Source of the DNA: Diplonema japonicum
Lineage: Eukaryota > Protista > Euglenozoa: Diplonemea
DNA length: 64,000 nucleotides
NCBI GenBank assembly: GCA_964019335.1
Contig: OZ025701.1
Location: forward strand, 248,001-312,000
Reading direction: 5' to 3'
In this document: positions 24,381 through 36,690 of the stretch, in pieces
Layout of the letters: each line of letters starts with the position of its first letter
How positions within the stretch are numbered: position 1 is the first letter of the stretch
The notes under the pieces: model-generated
What the model was told of the DNA's origin: nothing
The model's database searches: none
What the model saw: only the letters and a program-made list of their open reading frames with translations
Made by a program: the position numbers and the translations under genes

Positions 24381-25631
24381 TCATTTCTGTTTGTGTAAAA
24401 TACCGGTGATTCTTCTGCGTTTCATCACCACAGGGGGGGGCGTTGAGGATCCCTGCTGAGAAGGGGTGGGGGACGCCGTGTCTATCGTTCTAGGTGCGAG
24501 AACAAGGTGGTTTGCACGGTCTTCAAGCTGAGCTTTAAGGCTGGCATTCTCGGCGGCGAGCCTCGTGCAGAGCTGCACGGTTTGCGGCATTTCGTGCTGT
24601 TTCGGGATGAGGTCGGTCGCGCTTTCCAGGAGCGTCCGCTCGACTTTCTCCAGATGCCGTTCCAGACCGGCCGATACGGCTTTCTCCTGTTCGAGCAGGG
24701 CTTCCAGAGTTGCGATCCGCCTCCTCTCCTCACTGCTTTCCGTGAACATATAAATCGGTAGGTCGGCCCGATACTCTTGTTGCCCCTGTTCTGCAACCTT
24801 CACAACAGGTGGGTCGATCTTCATGTCAATATAAACAGGTGCTTCATCGAGGGAGCTAGCTGCAGCTGCGATGTCGGTGTGTGCAGATTCCAGCGCTTTG
24901 GTTAATGCTGAGATCTCTTTCACCATTTCAGAAGACCTCATAGAGTACCCGGCGGTCTTCTCCCGTTCGGCTTCGAGTTCGAGAGAACGCTTTGCGAGCG
25001 TTGCGGTGAGATCTGCTGTTTTGTTGGCTTCTGTCAAATACGCTGTCTGGTGGGATTTGACGCAATCCTGCAGTATTTCATTCTCGGACAATGATGTTTT
25101 GAGGGTCTCGTGGAGGGATCGTGACAGTGCGTAGAACTCGAGTTGCTTCCCTTGGAGGCTTTGATGCGCTGCGACGGCAGCAATGTGGGACTTCTTGTGG
25201 TCTTTTTGTAGACTTTGGTACTCGTCATACAGCTTCTTGCAACGAGTCGACAGCTCTTGCTGAATGAGAAGCTTGTCTTCCAGCTTCGCTGCGTGGTTGC
25301 GTACGGTTTCCTTGTCACGGAGAAGGGTGCTGTTAGCCTCCTCTAACCGGACGAGTTCCTCTTTCATCTTTTCCAAGCTTGACAATGCTATTTTCAGATC
25401 TTTTAATGCCTTCTCCTTCTCGTACACCAGGTACTTCGTGTCTACAGGTTGTGTCTCTTGTTCCGTTGTTGTTCGGTTAGCTTCTTCTCGGGCAGATTCT
25501 TCCGCTTTTCTTTTGAAACATTCAAACTCGCTGTTTGTGTTGCGAAGTTCTCGGTGTAGCTTGTCGATTTCGTTTTGCTGCTCCACCGCATATCGACGCG
25601 TGTCGCAGGTGACACCAAGGATGTCGTCCAT
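24381..25631 (-). CDS. Coiled-coil protein, 416 aa (5' end uncertain)
   Basis: Long heptad-rich ORF; may be joined to 25740-26009, but I found no clean junction. Confidence 0.75.
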   Translation of the reverse strand: MDDILGVTCDTRRYAVEQQNEIDKLHRELRNTNSEFECFKRKAEESAREEANRTTTEQETQPVDTKYLVYEKEKALKDLKIALSSLEKMKEELVRLEEANSTLLRDKETVRNHAAKLEDKLLIQQELSTRCKKLYDEYQSLQKDHKKSHIAAVAAHQSLQGKQLEFYALSRSLHETLKTSLSENEILQDCVKSHQTAYLTEANKTADLTATLAKRSLELEAEREKTAGYSMRSSEMVKEISALTKALESAHTDIAAAASSLDEAPVYIDMKIDPPVVKVAEQGQQEYRADLPIYMFTESSEERRRIATLEALLEQEKAVSAGLERHLEKVERTLLESATDLIPKQHEMPQTVQLCTRLAAENASLKAQLEDRANHLVLAPRTIDTASPTPSQQGSSTPPPVVMKRRRITGILHKQK

Positions 25632-25739
25632 GTTGGTTTAACCTTGATGGTCTTGATGGCGATGCCCGGAAAAAAAAGAATCTTTTGAGAAACAGAACAC
25701 AATGTGTAAATAAAACCCCCCTTTTATTATTTCCCCCGT

Positions 25740-26009
25740 TCACGTGGTGCCCTCCTCGATGAGGATCAGATCGTTGTCAATGACGTCAGCGGTACCGGTG
25801 AAGATTGCCTCCAGTGCTTCGTGTCGCACGCCAGGAGGGATGCTCCAGACAGCCTGTCGGGGTCGCTCTACTACTGCAATCACGAACTGTCCTGTCTCGG
25901 TGTCCTTTCCCACTCCTTCCTTGACGAGCATCACATCCACGTCCATCTCCTTCACACGGCTGGCTAGCTTCGTGTCCCTCTCTTCACCGCCGCTCAACGC
26001 GCTTCCCAT
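25740..26009 (-). CDS. Short ORF or first exon with N-myristoylation-like start MGSALS
   Basis: Coding-like composition; MGxxxS motif; ends at a possible GTGAAC donor. Confidence 0.55.
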   Translation of the reverse strand: MGSALSGGEERDTKLASRVKEMDVDVMLVKEGVGKDTETGQFVIAVVERPRQAVWSIPPGVRHEALEAIFTGTADVIDNDLILIEEGTT

Positions 26010-26368
26010 ATATACCTGTTGTGCTTTACGTTGTTACAGATTTAAAAAAAAAAAGAAGGATAATCATCAATAAGATTACTACAGAAACGGGGGGTGTGGG
26101 AATCTTGGTTCTAAAAAGAAATGTACCTCGCACTGGTGAAGGGGGAAGTCTATGGGGGGAACAGAAAAAAAAAGGAAAAAAAACAATTTAAAAAAGGGAA
26201 AAGAATTCGATAACATTTCAGTGTGCAGGTGTGCTCACTGGTTTTTTTTTTTCAAGAAATTCACCATGATCCGGAAAACGAAGTAGTCAGTACAACGGCA
26301 CACCAAAAAAAAAAAAAAAAACAAAAAACAAAAACAAAAAAAAAACTCGATAAAATCCTCCCTTCGTT

Positions 26369-27675
26369 CTAACTCTCAATGTCTTCCATCATCCGCTTGA
26401 TGGCGTTGAGCCTTGCACGGTTCCGCTGGTGCGCTTGGTGCTCCTCCAAAGTGAGAGAGAGCTCTGGGCTGACACGTTGGGTTTCGAGCCCTTCCGCATG
26501 TTCCAGCATAGCACGCCTGTTTGATTTTTTCTTCTTCTTTTTTTATATCACCCTCCCTCAACATACATTGCATTAAGCGCATGGTTGGAAAGAAAGGGCG
26601 ACGTAGCGGTATCAGCAAGCGTAGTGGTGATGGTGGTTGTGATGCCCCCTGCCGAGTAAACCCTTGTGTCGGAGTCCTCCCCTGCAGTATAGACCAAAGG
26701 CTTGGTCCCACCTCGAGGCGAACAGATTGTTGTACTTAGCTGAACAGTTCCGGAAGGCGGCTGGTTTCGAGGCCGTGTGTCCGGAACCTGAGGAGACGCG
26801 ACATCCTCCTTGGGACTCTCTTCAGAAGGATAATGTGGGGGCATGTTCTGCTTGGCCACCACCATGTCCAGCCTACCTATGCATTGCGAGATCTTGCTGT
26901 TGCATAAAGATTGGATTTGCTGGGAACTGTCCAGCCTTTTGATCTCCTCGAACTGTTGGATAGCGTCTGTGTAGCACTTGACGACCGCTGCGAACAGCTT
27001 GCCGACCATCTCGCTGGTGTAACCGGTGTGATGGTACTTCCGTTGCTCGTCGATGTTGGCCTCCATGGCGTCTGCTTGTTCGACTGTTGACAACGCCGAC
27101 GACAGCATTGTGTGCACACCGTGGGAGACCTCGCTGTGCGGTTTGCGGGCCACCAGGGGGTGCGGGGAGGCTGGCTCGTAAGGATGTGAAAGGTCTTCCT
27201 CCTGTGCGACTTCCATCCGCCTCCATTCTGGGTTGTGATGCGGGGATCGGGCGTCTCGTTGGTTTTCCTCTCTTCCACCTCCTCCCCGGTCCTTTCGTGA
27301 CACAGGAACTAATACCTGAGGGTGGTCTGCGTATGTCGTCGCATAATTGCCAATGTTGGTCCCTGGTGGGGGGGCTTCCGTGGCCGTGACATCCCAGATT
27401 GGGTCTTCGGGAAGGTGATGTTGTTGTTGTGGTTGGTGGTGGTGGTGGTGGCCGAGACCTTCCAGGCCCTTGGCGAGGAGGGCATCAAGGGCGGCGTCGA
27501 ATCCGTGTTGTTTTTCCCTGGTTCGGGCAGGAGATACGTTTTTATAGGTTCGCGTCTTTGTAGGTGTGTTGCTTCTGGTGTTGCCCCCTCCTCCTTCGCC
27601 TCTCAGCGAGGCTGCCCATGTCTGCCCGGATAAATCTTGTGCTCGTTGCGCGGCCCGCCCCCGCGACCCCCCCAC
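26369..27675 (-). CDS. Hypothetical low-complexity/coiled-coil protein; 1 intron; start uncertain
   Basis: ORF 26548-27675 (track start is GTG). Intron 26517-26566 (GTATG..CAG) extends it to ...RLNAIKRMMEDIES*. Confidence 0.7.
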
Positions 27676-27803
27676 CGCCGACGGCCTTGGAAGAGGAATT
27701 TTTCCCTCCCTTCCTGTTTTGTGTGATTTTTTCTTCTTTTTTTTTTCTTTTTTCCTCCAGATGGGTTGAACGGGAGGGAATAATAATAATAAAAAAAAGA
27801 GAG

Positions 27804-27843
27804 AGACATTTAAGGGTACCTGCGGTATGTGGCAGGACGTCTG
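27804..27843 (-). repeat. Conserved 40-nt hairpin motif, copy 2
   Basis: Two substitutions relative to copy 1. Confidence 0.85.
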
Positions 27844-28140
27844 TAAAAAAAAAAAAAAAAAAGGGAAGGGGAATTTTCTTTTCTTTTTTTTTTCCTTTTT
27901 TTTTTTGCGTTTTCCTTCTAAAAGAGTGAGAAAAAAAAAAAGAAAAGAGGAATCAGATCTTTACCAAGAAAAAAAAAAGGGGGAAAAAAAAAAAAAAAGG
28001 ACAGAAAGGATAGGGAGTGTGCTTTGTGTATGTGCCTCTTTTATTTTTTTTCTTTCTTCTTCTTCTTCTTCTTCTTTCTAAATCTGCTGTCTTCTAGAAG
28101 GTGTGGAAAACGCGCCGTTTCGGCCGAAGGAGGGTTAGTT

Positions 28141-28176
<36 letters not shown>

Positions 28177-28412
28177 AATCCAGAAAAGAAGAAGAGGAAT
28201 GACCAAGGAGAGAAAAAAAACTGCTGATCACGAGGGGCTGATCCTCCCCTTGCTTATGACACAGCGTTGTTCAAAAAAAAAAAAAGAAAACGAAACTGTC
28301 GCACGCTGCGCTCAGTAAGCAAACAAAACAAGTTTCTTTTTTTTTTTTCTCCCTTTTTTTTTTTCTTCTTATAAACGGTAAAAAAAAACTAGAGGGGGGA
28401 AGAAAAAAAAAA

Positions 28413-28665
28413 CTCAAAGTACAGGACAAGCCCCCCGCTACGAGGGCCGCCCTATGGGAGGGGGGGTCTATCTGTTAATACTCCCCTTCTGGAGCATTGC
28501 TTTCATCCCGATTGAGGCCGTGAGCGTCTTGCGGAGTCGTGTGATGCGGTCCCGCTTGTAGTCGGCTTTCAATTCCATTAGCTTGTCGTGCGTGGAGCGG
28601 GTGGCGAAAATAGGCCTCCTGGAGAAACCAATAGCTGCCTTTCCTCCAATGGCGATGAGGGACTT
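28413..28665 (-). mobile_element. 5'-truncated retroposon-like remnant, family R, copy B
   Basis: Open tail KSLIAIGGKAAIGFSRRPIF...MKAMLQKGSINR* plus a 3' UTR ending TTGTCCTGTACTTTGAG(T)n. Confidence 0.6.
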
Positions 28666-28865
28666 AAAAAAAAAAAGAGCTGGCATATTGTTGGTGCAAA
28701 AGTCGATTGACCTTTTTTTAAAAAAAAATCGAAGCAAAAAAAAAAGGGGGGAAGGTAATCAAATGAGATAACAAAAGAAAGGAAAAAAAAAAAAAAAAAA
28801 AAAAACCTTTCCTTAATATTGCACAACAATACAATTTTGTCGGGAAAATAAAAAAAAAAAAAAAA

Positions 28866-29759
28866 TCACTCCACCCACCCTTTGTCTAACATCACATTTG
28901 AGTCGCAAATAGCCAGCTCTCGATGCCGAGACACGATTTCAAAGCCATTGTCAGTTAAGGCTTCGCAGTAAAGCCGAAATCTGTGGAACGCGGTTTTGAG
29001 GGGGATGCGATGGCGAAGGGTGGTGAACCAGTCTCGCGATCCATCAGAAAGCGCCTTACGGGCATTGCGGCTTACATGCGCTCCATGATCGAGAGAAAGC
29101 GAGTGAAGTCGCTCGAGATCGGATTCGGCCAGAAGATTCGTTTTGATATGAAACTCGTAGTAATCCCCAGGCTGCAACGCCAATGCCTTGTCTTCAGAAT
29201 CTGTTTTCTCACTTAGAAGAATTTCTACTTTGTACCTTGTCACTGTTATAAATCGGGCTTCTAGCCATTTCATAACATCATAGGTTGCCACTGCAGCTTC
29301 TTGAACAGATTTTGACGAGATGTGAAAAGAACACATTGGCTGCAACGGGCAATCCGCGCCTTTTGGTAGAACAATTTCAACGTATTTTAAGTTCGGTGAA
29401 CTACGGGATTTAGTGGACTCTTTGCAAGCATCTTTTAAAAGGTTGGTGGCTGTTGATGTGAGGTGGACTTCAAACGTTCTCGTTTTGCTGAAAGATTGTG
29501 GGTGGCGGAGGCCCGCAGCAATTCTCACGGTATCTCTGACACAGTCCTCGGTCCCCTTTTTTTTTTCTACCGCGTAGCCGTTGTTCGTTTGTGATATGGT
29601 GAAACCCCAGCCTTTCACCGCCCGAGCTGTTTCTCTAACCTCATCCTTGTTGAACCCAATTAGTTTCAACTGCCTCTTGACCTCCTTTTGCCTTCTTACG
29701 TACACACATCTTGCTGTCAGCGCCCCTACCGCTGCAATCGTTAAATATTTAAAACGCAT
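28866..29759 (-). CDS. Hypothetical protein with FEVHLT / YYEFHIK / HVSRNA / DSNxxLDKGW motifs
   Basis: Intronless ORF from ATG 29759 with a hydrophobic N-terminus; two ExH strand motifs suggest an internal duplication. Confidence 0.8.
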   Translation of the reverse strand: MRFKYLTIAAVGALTARCVYVRRQKEVKRQLKLIGFNKDEVRETARAVKGWGFTISQTNNGYAVEKKKGTEDCVRDTVRIAAGLRHPQSFSKTRTFEVHLTSTATNLLKDACKESTKSRSSPNLKYVEIVLPKGADCPLQPMCSFHISSKSVQEAAVATYDVMKWLEARFITVTRYKVEILLSEKTDSEDKALALQPGDYYEFHIKTNLLAESDLERLHSLSLDHGAHVSRNARKALSDGSRDWFTTLRHRIPLKTAFHRFRLYCEALTDNGFEIVSRHRELAICDSNVMLDKGWVE

Positions 29760-30039
29760 TATTTTTCTTTGTGTTTGCGTTGTGTAGTTTGGTAACTGGG
29801 GGGGGGGGGGGGGAAACTTTTGACGAAAAAGAAAAAAAGAAGAGAAGAAAAAAAAGAAAAAAAAAGACCACTTAGGAGGGGGAGGGGGGTTTGAAAAAAA
29901 AAGGGGGGGTGGAACAAAAAAAAATGAATGGATTAAAAAAAAAAAAAACACTCTCCTCTTTGATTTTTTTTTCTTTTTTTGTATTCAAAACTCTTGCTTT
30001 TTTAAATGAAAAAAGCTTTTTTTTTTTTCGTTTCCACCC

Positions 30040-30600
30040 TACTGCCGGGCACTTGGTGCCATATCCTGCGCTGACGGAGCGCCAACACCTTTTTTTTTTT
30101 TTTTTTTTTTTTACCCTCCCTGTTCCTGAAAACATACCACGGGCAGGTGCACCTAACGCACTGGGCTGTGTAACGACAGCATTGCTCACTTCGGGGGCTT
30201 CTTCCTGATGTTTTTCATCAGCAGTAAAACGGTCACTGTGTATTGCCTGGTTCCCTGCCATCCCGTCCATTCGCAGGCTGTTTACCTGCCTCCCTCTCAG
30301 GACTACGAGACCACCCAAATGCTTTTTTTCCTCAGTCTCCTTGAGCTTTCTTCTTTTCTTCTCCTTGATCACCCTAACCTCCTCCACATCTCGCATAACA
30401 ATGTTCATGTGTTTGTCAAATGCCACTAAAGTGCCCACCAACGACCTTTTTTTTTGTTTTTTTTTTTGTTTTTTTTTTTTTTGTTAAACTTCAACACCTC
30501 CCTACACACACCTGCTGTTGTCTAGCTCTGCTGTTATTCTACACCCTATAAATTTGAATATCCGGTTCTTCTTTGACATTTCCGTATTTTTCGCCGCCAT
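30040..30600 (-). CDS. SmB: Sm core snRNP protein B; 2 introns (3' end uncertain)
   Basis: Sm1 motif SLVGTLVAFDKHMNIVMRDVEE and Sm2 motif LGGLVVLRGRQVNSL. Intron 30446-30511 restores the frame; second intron 30089-30114 precedes a GVGAPSAQDMAP tail. Confidence 0.9.
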
Positions 30601-30787
30601 TTTCTTTTTTCTTTTTCTTTTTTTTTTCCCACTCTGCTGAAATTACTCACTCATACACTCAGGGGGCTCATTAAAGCTAAAAATAAAAATAAAAATACGG
30701 AAACCCCGAGAAAGGGGTAACGGTAAGAAAAAAAAAAAAAAAAAGTCATAATTTTTTTTACTCGTTGGCACGAACCCCACGCTTTTT

Positions 30788-31468
30788 TCATAACGGTATC
30801 GAGTCTTTCTTCATATCGTAGCACACCTTCCCGCTCACAGGCGGTGCCATTGTGCAGAAGTAAAACGCTCTATAAGCAGGCCGCGGGTCGTGCGATGAAT
30901 AGTTAACTGCCTCTGGCGAATGCACTCCCGTGAAGTAGTGACTGTCCAACTCGTCATGCTCGATCTGAGACAGGTACCAAGCTGGTGGATTAGGAGGAGC
31001 AGCGATGAGGGATACGTCGTATTGGTTGATGAAGTGCATGCATGATGTCCTGTGCAGTGGTTCTGCGTAAGAACGGTATTCTTCAAGGACCGAGGTGATG
31101 CACCAGCCTTGAAGCTTTCTCAGGCATGACACCGTAGCGCCCGTGAGGTGCACACCAGTTGTGCAGCATAGCAGCATCGGGTGTAAATCTGTGTCCAACA
31201 TCGCCTCGATTGCCTTCTTCACCAGAACCTCCGAGAGCCCCGTCCAGTTTGTGTCCGGTACCCAGCACTCCTTCCCGAACTCCAACACTTGCGTGCCGTT
31301 TGCGGTGAACTTCTTCCGCACCGCCGCCTCGAAGGGCTCGCAGGCGAGTGCGATCACCGCCTTTAACTTCAGCGTGTCTACGAATTGCATGTTCACCGCA
31401 CTCGGCATGCTGCTTCTAAACACCCCTTCCTCTACTGTGGCGAACATTGGTGGTGGTATCAACGGCAT
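30788..31468 (-). CDS. Siw14/OCA-family tyrosine-phosphatase-like protein, probably inactive
   Basis: LIPPPMFATVEEGVFRS and SCLRKLQGWCITSVLEEYR; active-site loop CCTTGVHLTG lacks the CX5R arginine. Confidence 0.88.
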   Translation of the reverse strand: MPLIPPPMFATVEEGVFRSSMPSAVNMQFVDTLKLKAVIALACEPFEAAVRKKFTANGTQVLEFGKECWVPDTNWTGLSEVLVKKAIEAMLDTDLHPMLLCCTTGVHLTGATVSCLRKLQGWCITSVLEEYRSYAEPLHRTSCMHFINQYDVSLIAAPPNPPAWYLSQIEHDELDSHYFTGVHSPEAVNYSSHDPRPAYRAFYFCTMAPPVSGKVCYDMKKDSIPL

Positions 31469-31699
31469 TTTCTCTCTCCTCCCCCCCCACCACGTTCTTT
31501 TTTGCCTTTTTTTTTTAAACAATAGTCCGAGGAACAATTTAAAAAAAAAGCGAGGAGGAAATCTAAATTGACAAAGTGGGGGGGGGGGGGGGGGGGGAAC
31601 GCGGCGAGCTGCGGAAGGGTTATATCTAATAACAGAGAGGAGGGGGGAAGCCTTCCAAAGTACGTTCCCACCTCCCTCCTTTTAAAACAAAAACGTCAT

Positions 31700-32543
31700 C
31701 TAAAACAAAACAGGGTTCAAAGGCATCCCGTACACGACAGGCGCACTCCCAATCAGGTACCGGAGCTTCACCTGTGACCTGGAGGCCTCGACAGCCGAAG
31801 TAAGGGGAGCGGACGGGGAAGAGAGCCAGGTACGGAGCAGGTTCTCACTGTAACGATCGATTTCACCGTCAGTAACATCCCAAAGGTTCCCGACTAGGGT
31901 AGGGGTGCCGCCCACCAAGAAGGAGTAGGCCACACCATCCGGGTCGATCTCACCTTGCAGGTCTGTAAGCTGACCTGAAGAGCAGCCCATAAGGAGGGCA
32001 ACAGCCATAGAATTCTCAGCACGTTCAACCTTTTGAGGCGTAAGGGAATACCTAGCTTTCCTCTTCCTTGTAGAAGGCACGGTAACCTCCGGACTGTTTA
32101 CATTCCAATCACTGAAAAGCTTCTTCGGCGTTTCATATTCAAAGCCAACAGGCGACAAGGGTGGAGGTGCTTCGCCTATCAACGATGCTGGTGACTTGGG
32201 ACCTTTGCTTTTCCTCGGGGTTCTTATGACGGGGGTCTGCTGTTGGTCTGCCTTTCCCCTCATGACAGGTATCATCTTAATGTCCTTCTGCGCGACGAAC
32301 TGCTCCCCCGTCCCGTGTCCCATGTATATGAAGACATCATACTCTGTATTCCCCCTTCTGAAGATATCCAGCCATTTTTTCTTCCACTTTCTTTCCTCTT
32401 CGATGTTCTCAGGTGGCCTTGCTCCCACGCTCAACCCCGGGTTGACGGTCCCAGGCAGCTTCCCGACTTGACCTTCCCAGCCTTCCTTTCTTGTGAACCA
32501 TTTGAACTTTGACTCTGTCTTGGAGAGGTTTCCGTCGGGGTTC

Positions 32544-32574
<31 letters not shown>

Positions 32575-35500
32575 GTTGCAGTTCATACCACGTAGTACAC
32601 GCTCTTCGGGTCGATTTCTCGTGAGAGGAGCTCATGGCAAGGGGTTGTTTCCAACTTTTTTTTTTTTTTTTTTAAATTTTCCTGGGCATACTTTTTCAAC
32701 AAGATAGTGCAGGCTTGGAATCCTCGACGCAGGTTCGCCCTCTAACGCAGAAGACGCTTCCCACGGGATCCTGTGCAGGTGCCCCAACACCAGCAACACA
32801 TGCTGCCTGTTGCACTTGGTACCAGGCGGGATAATCCTTGCCACCTCATGGTGGATCTCCGCCGCGATATTGCGCAACTTTTTTTTTTCTTTTTTCCCCA
32901 AAAAAAAAAAGAAAAAAATGCAACTAGATACCTCTATCTTAAGCCCCCCTGACAGATTGTCTGCCTCGAGGAGATCCTTGAGAGCCTCGAAGATGTACGC
33001 TGTGGTGGATCGCCAATAGAGAGGTTCCCCATTTGGACCAGTTTCTTTTTTGGGTTTTGCGTCGTGTTTCAGACCGGTGTAGAGGTGCGGGACGGAGTGG
33101 ATGAGGTGGCGCAGGAGTCTGCAATCGATGTCCATTTCCCTACCGTGTATAGAGAGGGCTAAGGTGCTGAGTGCGGCCATTGCCTTGCTTTCCACGAAGC
33201 GTAGCTGGTCACGGGTGGCGGGGTTTAAAGGTTGCCCCAGGACGAGGCCCCTCCACCACGTAAGGATCTTGTCGCCTACACGTTCGATGTTCTTCTTCAG
33301 CCTTGTGTCGTACGCCTCCCTGCGTTCCCACCACTGTCTTTTGTAATCCGTGTTTTCCACCTTGGACTTGTCAACTTGGTGGACGTGTTCCTTCGCTTCT
33401 GTTAGGATTCTGTTCAACCCTGTTAAGCACTCCCTGATCTCCTCAGACATATCTGAGATCGCCACAACGATGGGTTCCTCGTTGCTCTCGATCCTTCCGA
33501 TGAGCAAGTCGCCGTCCTTCGTTTCATTGATCGTCACCACAGCAAAGGCGTCAGGAAGCATTGCCTGCAGCTTGTCGATGTATGCTTCTGGTGAGTTGGT
33601 ATGGTCGATCTCGGCGTCGAGGTCGCTGAACCATTCCCCCTTGAAGGACATGGGGTCCGTCTGCTTGCGGAACCTGATCCCTTCTGTCTGGTGACGTGTC
33701 GTCCATCCTTGCGATGTGTTCAGGTAGTGCACCGCTTCCAGCTCGTTCAACCGGGACATCCTGCGGGACAGTTCAAGGGAAACAGATCGTGTTAACAGTG
33801 CAGGGCCTCTGATGCCGGCACCAGCGTCGAGTGCCGCCATGAGGTCCTCCGCCATCGCTTCATGGCCCGTTTTCTTTGATACTCGTGTGAGACGCCAATT
33901 TGGAGCCACGTCTTGCGTTTCAGCCACTGCAAGCCGCCCTTGCACCATGTCACGTGGGTCGGTCAGCAACCCGACGTTTTCATTGATCAGCCGCTCACCT
34001 TCTTGAACACCATTACGTAGTAGCATTTCACCCTTCTTGACGTTCACCATGGCCTTCCCCACCTCGTATAGCTTCTTCCCGTCTTCTTCCTTGCGCAGTA
34101 CCTCAATGTGCGGTATAGGCTGCAGGTGCACGTTACCAAGCACTGCTTCCCACGGCGTTTTCAATGCTGCTGTTAGTTTCTCGTTTGTCAAGCACGGCAG
34201 CAGCGACTGCTCAGCAGTCTTCACGATCTCCAGAGCACCCTCTGCGTTGCCAATGTGGTGCCGGGCGGTCGCAAGGTGCAACAGACAGTTCAGTTTTAAA
34301 ACCAACGAGCTTTCCTTCGGCAGCAGCCGCGTAAGAATCTCAAGAGCGTCAGTGAAGTTTGCCTCGGCCTCTGTGTAGGACTTCAACAACAGCATGGCTT
34401 GACCCCTTCGGAACAGGATGCGTGAGATACTCAGAGGACTGAAGGAGCCTGCAGAGCACGCCTGTATCTTGACTGCCTGGCTGAGGATCTTGTTCAAGGT
34501 CTGCACCTCACCCCTGATAAGGAGGGCCTCTGTGTACGAGTACAACAAGGAAAACATGAAGTGCAGAACGGACATGGTGTGCGGCTTCTCCATCACGCTG
34601 ATCAAGGGGTCTGTTCTGAAGAACATCGCGAGCAGCTGCTCCCCAGCGCACACCGCAGCTTCCGTGTTCCCTGTTTTCAAGGCGGCATTGGTGAGCTCGT
34701 GCCTTGCCGCCATGTCCAGCTCGCGGATCTTAGGGTCCTTGGAGTCGAAAGTAGGTATCTCTTTTATCAAGTCCAAGAAGTCGTACTGCCCCACTCCTGA
34801 GTCCCTGTTCAGCCTCCCTTTGATCGTCATGAAGGCGGCTTCTAGAGATGTAGTTTCGCTTTTTTTCTTCGAGCTGCTGGTGGCCACGTGTGCCCATTCA
34901 TCGCCTGCATCGAACAAATCGACATCGTACAGGCAGCTGGCGATCCCTGTGGCTGCAGACACGGCGGTCCTCTCGTTGGGTGCCAGCCGGTAACGGAGGT
35001 GCTGGCACCAGATGTGCACAGACTCGTCGCCTTCGTACTGCGTGAGCTTTGCGAGGTATTCCAAGTTGGCAGCATAGTTGGATATCAGCTCAGCGTTCAA
35101 GGTGACGAGTGTGTCAAGGCACGCGAGGTGCAGGATGCGGTAGATGCGTTCCGAAGCGTAGTCGGAGGAAGCGTCCTTCGCAGCTTTGGAAAAGGCACCG
35201 AAGTGCTCCGCTCTTACTTCCCGCAGCCGGTTGAACTTTTCAGGGTTGCCCTTGTCATCTGTCCCCGCAGAGGCGGCCAGCGAGGCGATGATGGCCTGCT
35301 GCCTGTCCTTCCATGCTGCGTGCGATGCAGCGAACATCGCGTACGAAGTGGACCCCAGAAAACTAACGTTACGAGCGTTCGCGTTCTTGCAGTACGCCAC
35401 TTGCCGCAGGCCTTCCTTGACAGGCGTGATCGCGGCTCGTGCAGTGGGGGCATGCTTTGCCATCACCATGGCGCTGTGTGCGAGGGTGATGCGGTAGTAG

Positions 35501-36108
35501 TACTGTGTGTTGTCAAGGGACCAATGGTAGGACACCCAATGTTTTGATTTCACAATTTGCTTCCATTTCAAGGCCCAGTCTTCCTCGGACGGTGCAGGTC
35601 CCTTTTCCAGATCCAAGGAAACAGCCTTTCCGTATGAGGCCAGCAGGTTGTTGACGAGAAGCGAGAAGTTGAGTGGGATTCCTTCCACGGGGTGCATCTT
35701 CTTCGTTGACTGGGTGCCCCAGCTGGCTGTCCAAGTCTGCTCGCAAGAGGATAGGCCCAGCATAGCGGTTTCTGCGATTGTTGGGTTGGGTGCCTTGGTG
35801 TCTTGTAAGGCTGTCACGGTATTGACCCACAGTCTCTCGAGGTGGTAGTGGCCCGACCATGGGACCTCGCGGAACGGCTTCACCGTGTGAAGGACCTTGA
35901 GGCCCTTGACCGCAAGCAGTGCTTCCTTCAAAGAGGGTGCTTTTTTTTCTTCTTTATGTTTCTTGCCCACCAGAATTATCACCGCCTTCAACAGTGCTTC
36001 CACTTCCACGCTCCTCTTACTTATCTTCACCCGCACCTCTGCATCTTGGATGACTTCATGAGGGCTCGCGCCCATGGCTCGCCTGTGATGGTGTCCAGGG
36101 CAGTCCAT
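31700..36108 (-). CDS. ESP1: Separase (peptidase C50); 3 introns
   Basis: WWERREAYD, LHRIPWE, YYV/LNPDGNL across an intron, catalytic YMGHGTG and LMGCSSG, GNLWDVTDGEIDR. Introns 32878-32931, 32655-32691, 32546-32588. Confidence 0.95.
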
Positions 36109-36406
36109 GGTGGAGTATAAAATAAACACAAGGAAGGGGGGGGGGGGGGGGGGGGGTAAAGATCACAAATAAAAGAGGGGGGTGATACGGGAGAGGGAAA
36201 CGACAAAGGAAAACATCCTTTTGGTTTATTATATTTTTTTTCCATCGCAACCCCACTCCCCCTCCCCCCCCCTCCCTCTTTTTTTCCCCTATTATGGTCG
36301 CGAAGGAGAAAACACCGCCTGTGTATACCACAAAGAAAAAGAAGGGGAAAAAAAGGAGGGAATACAAAAACGAACAAAGAAAATAGGGGGGACGAAAATA
36401 TGGTCG

Positions 36407-36437
<31 letters not shown>

Positions 36438-36490
36438 TGTAAGAAAAAAAAAAATGGGCGTTAAGTGTGCAACGAGCGCATGAACTGTCT

Positions 36491-36690
36491 ACTTGATTAC
36501 AGGCCGAGCTGTAGCTCCGCGTCGTGTCCTTAATGCGTGCGGTGTAACCAAGATTCTGCGCTCGTGCAGTTTGCTGCCTGTTCGTCACCCTGAGCATCTG
36601 CAATACGTTTTTTTGGTGACGGCCGACTAGGAGGTCAACAACGAACAAATGCATCTGATGTACCTTATATTTCCATGTTATCCCACCACT
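36491..36690 (-). repeat. Dispersed repeat family S, diverged copy
   Basis: Colinear with 12429-12693, with internal deletions. Confidence 0.7.

Noticed and set aside
25631-25745. Splicing of 25740-26009 to 24381-25631
   Set aside because: An in-frame TAA lies just upstream of ATG 25631 and no GT-AG pair joins the frames; left unresolved.
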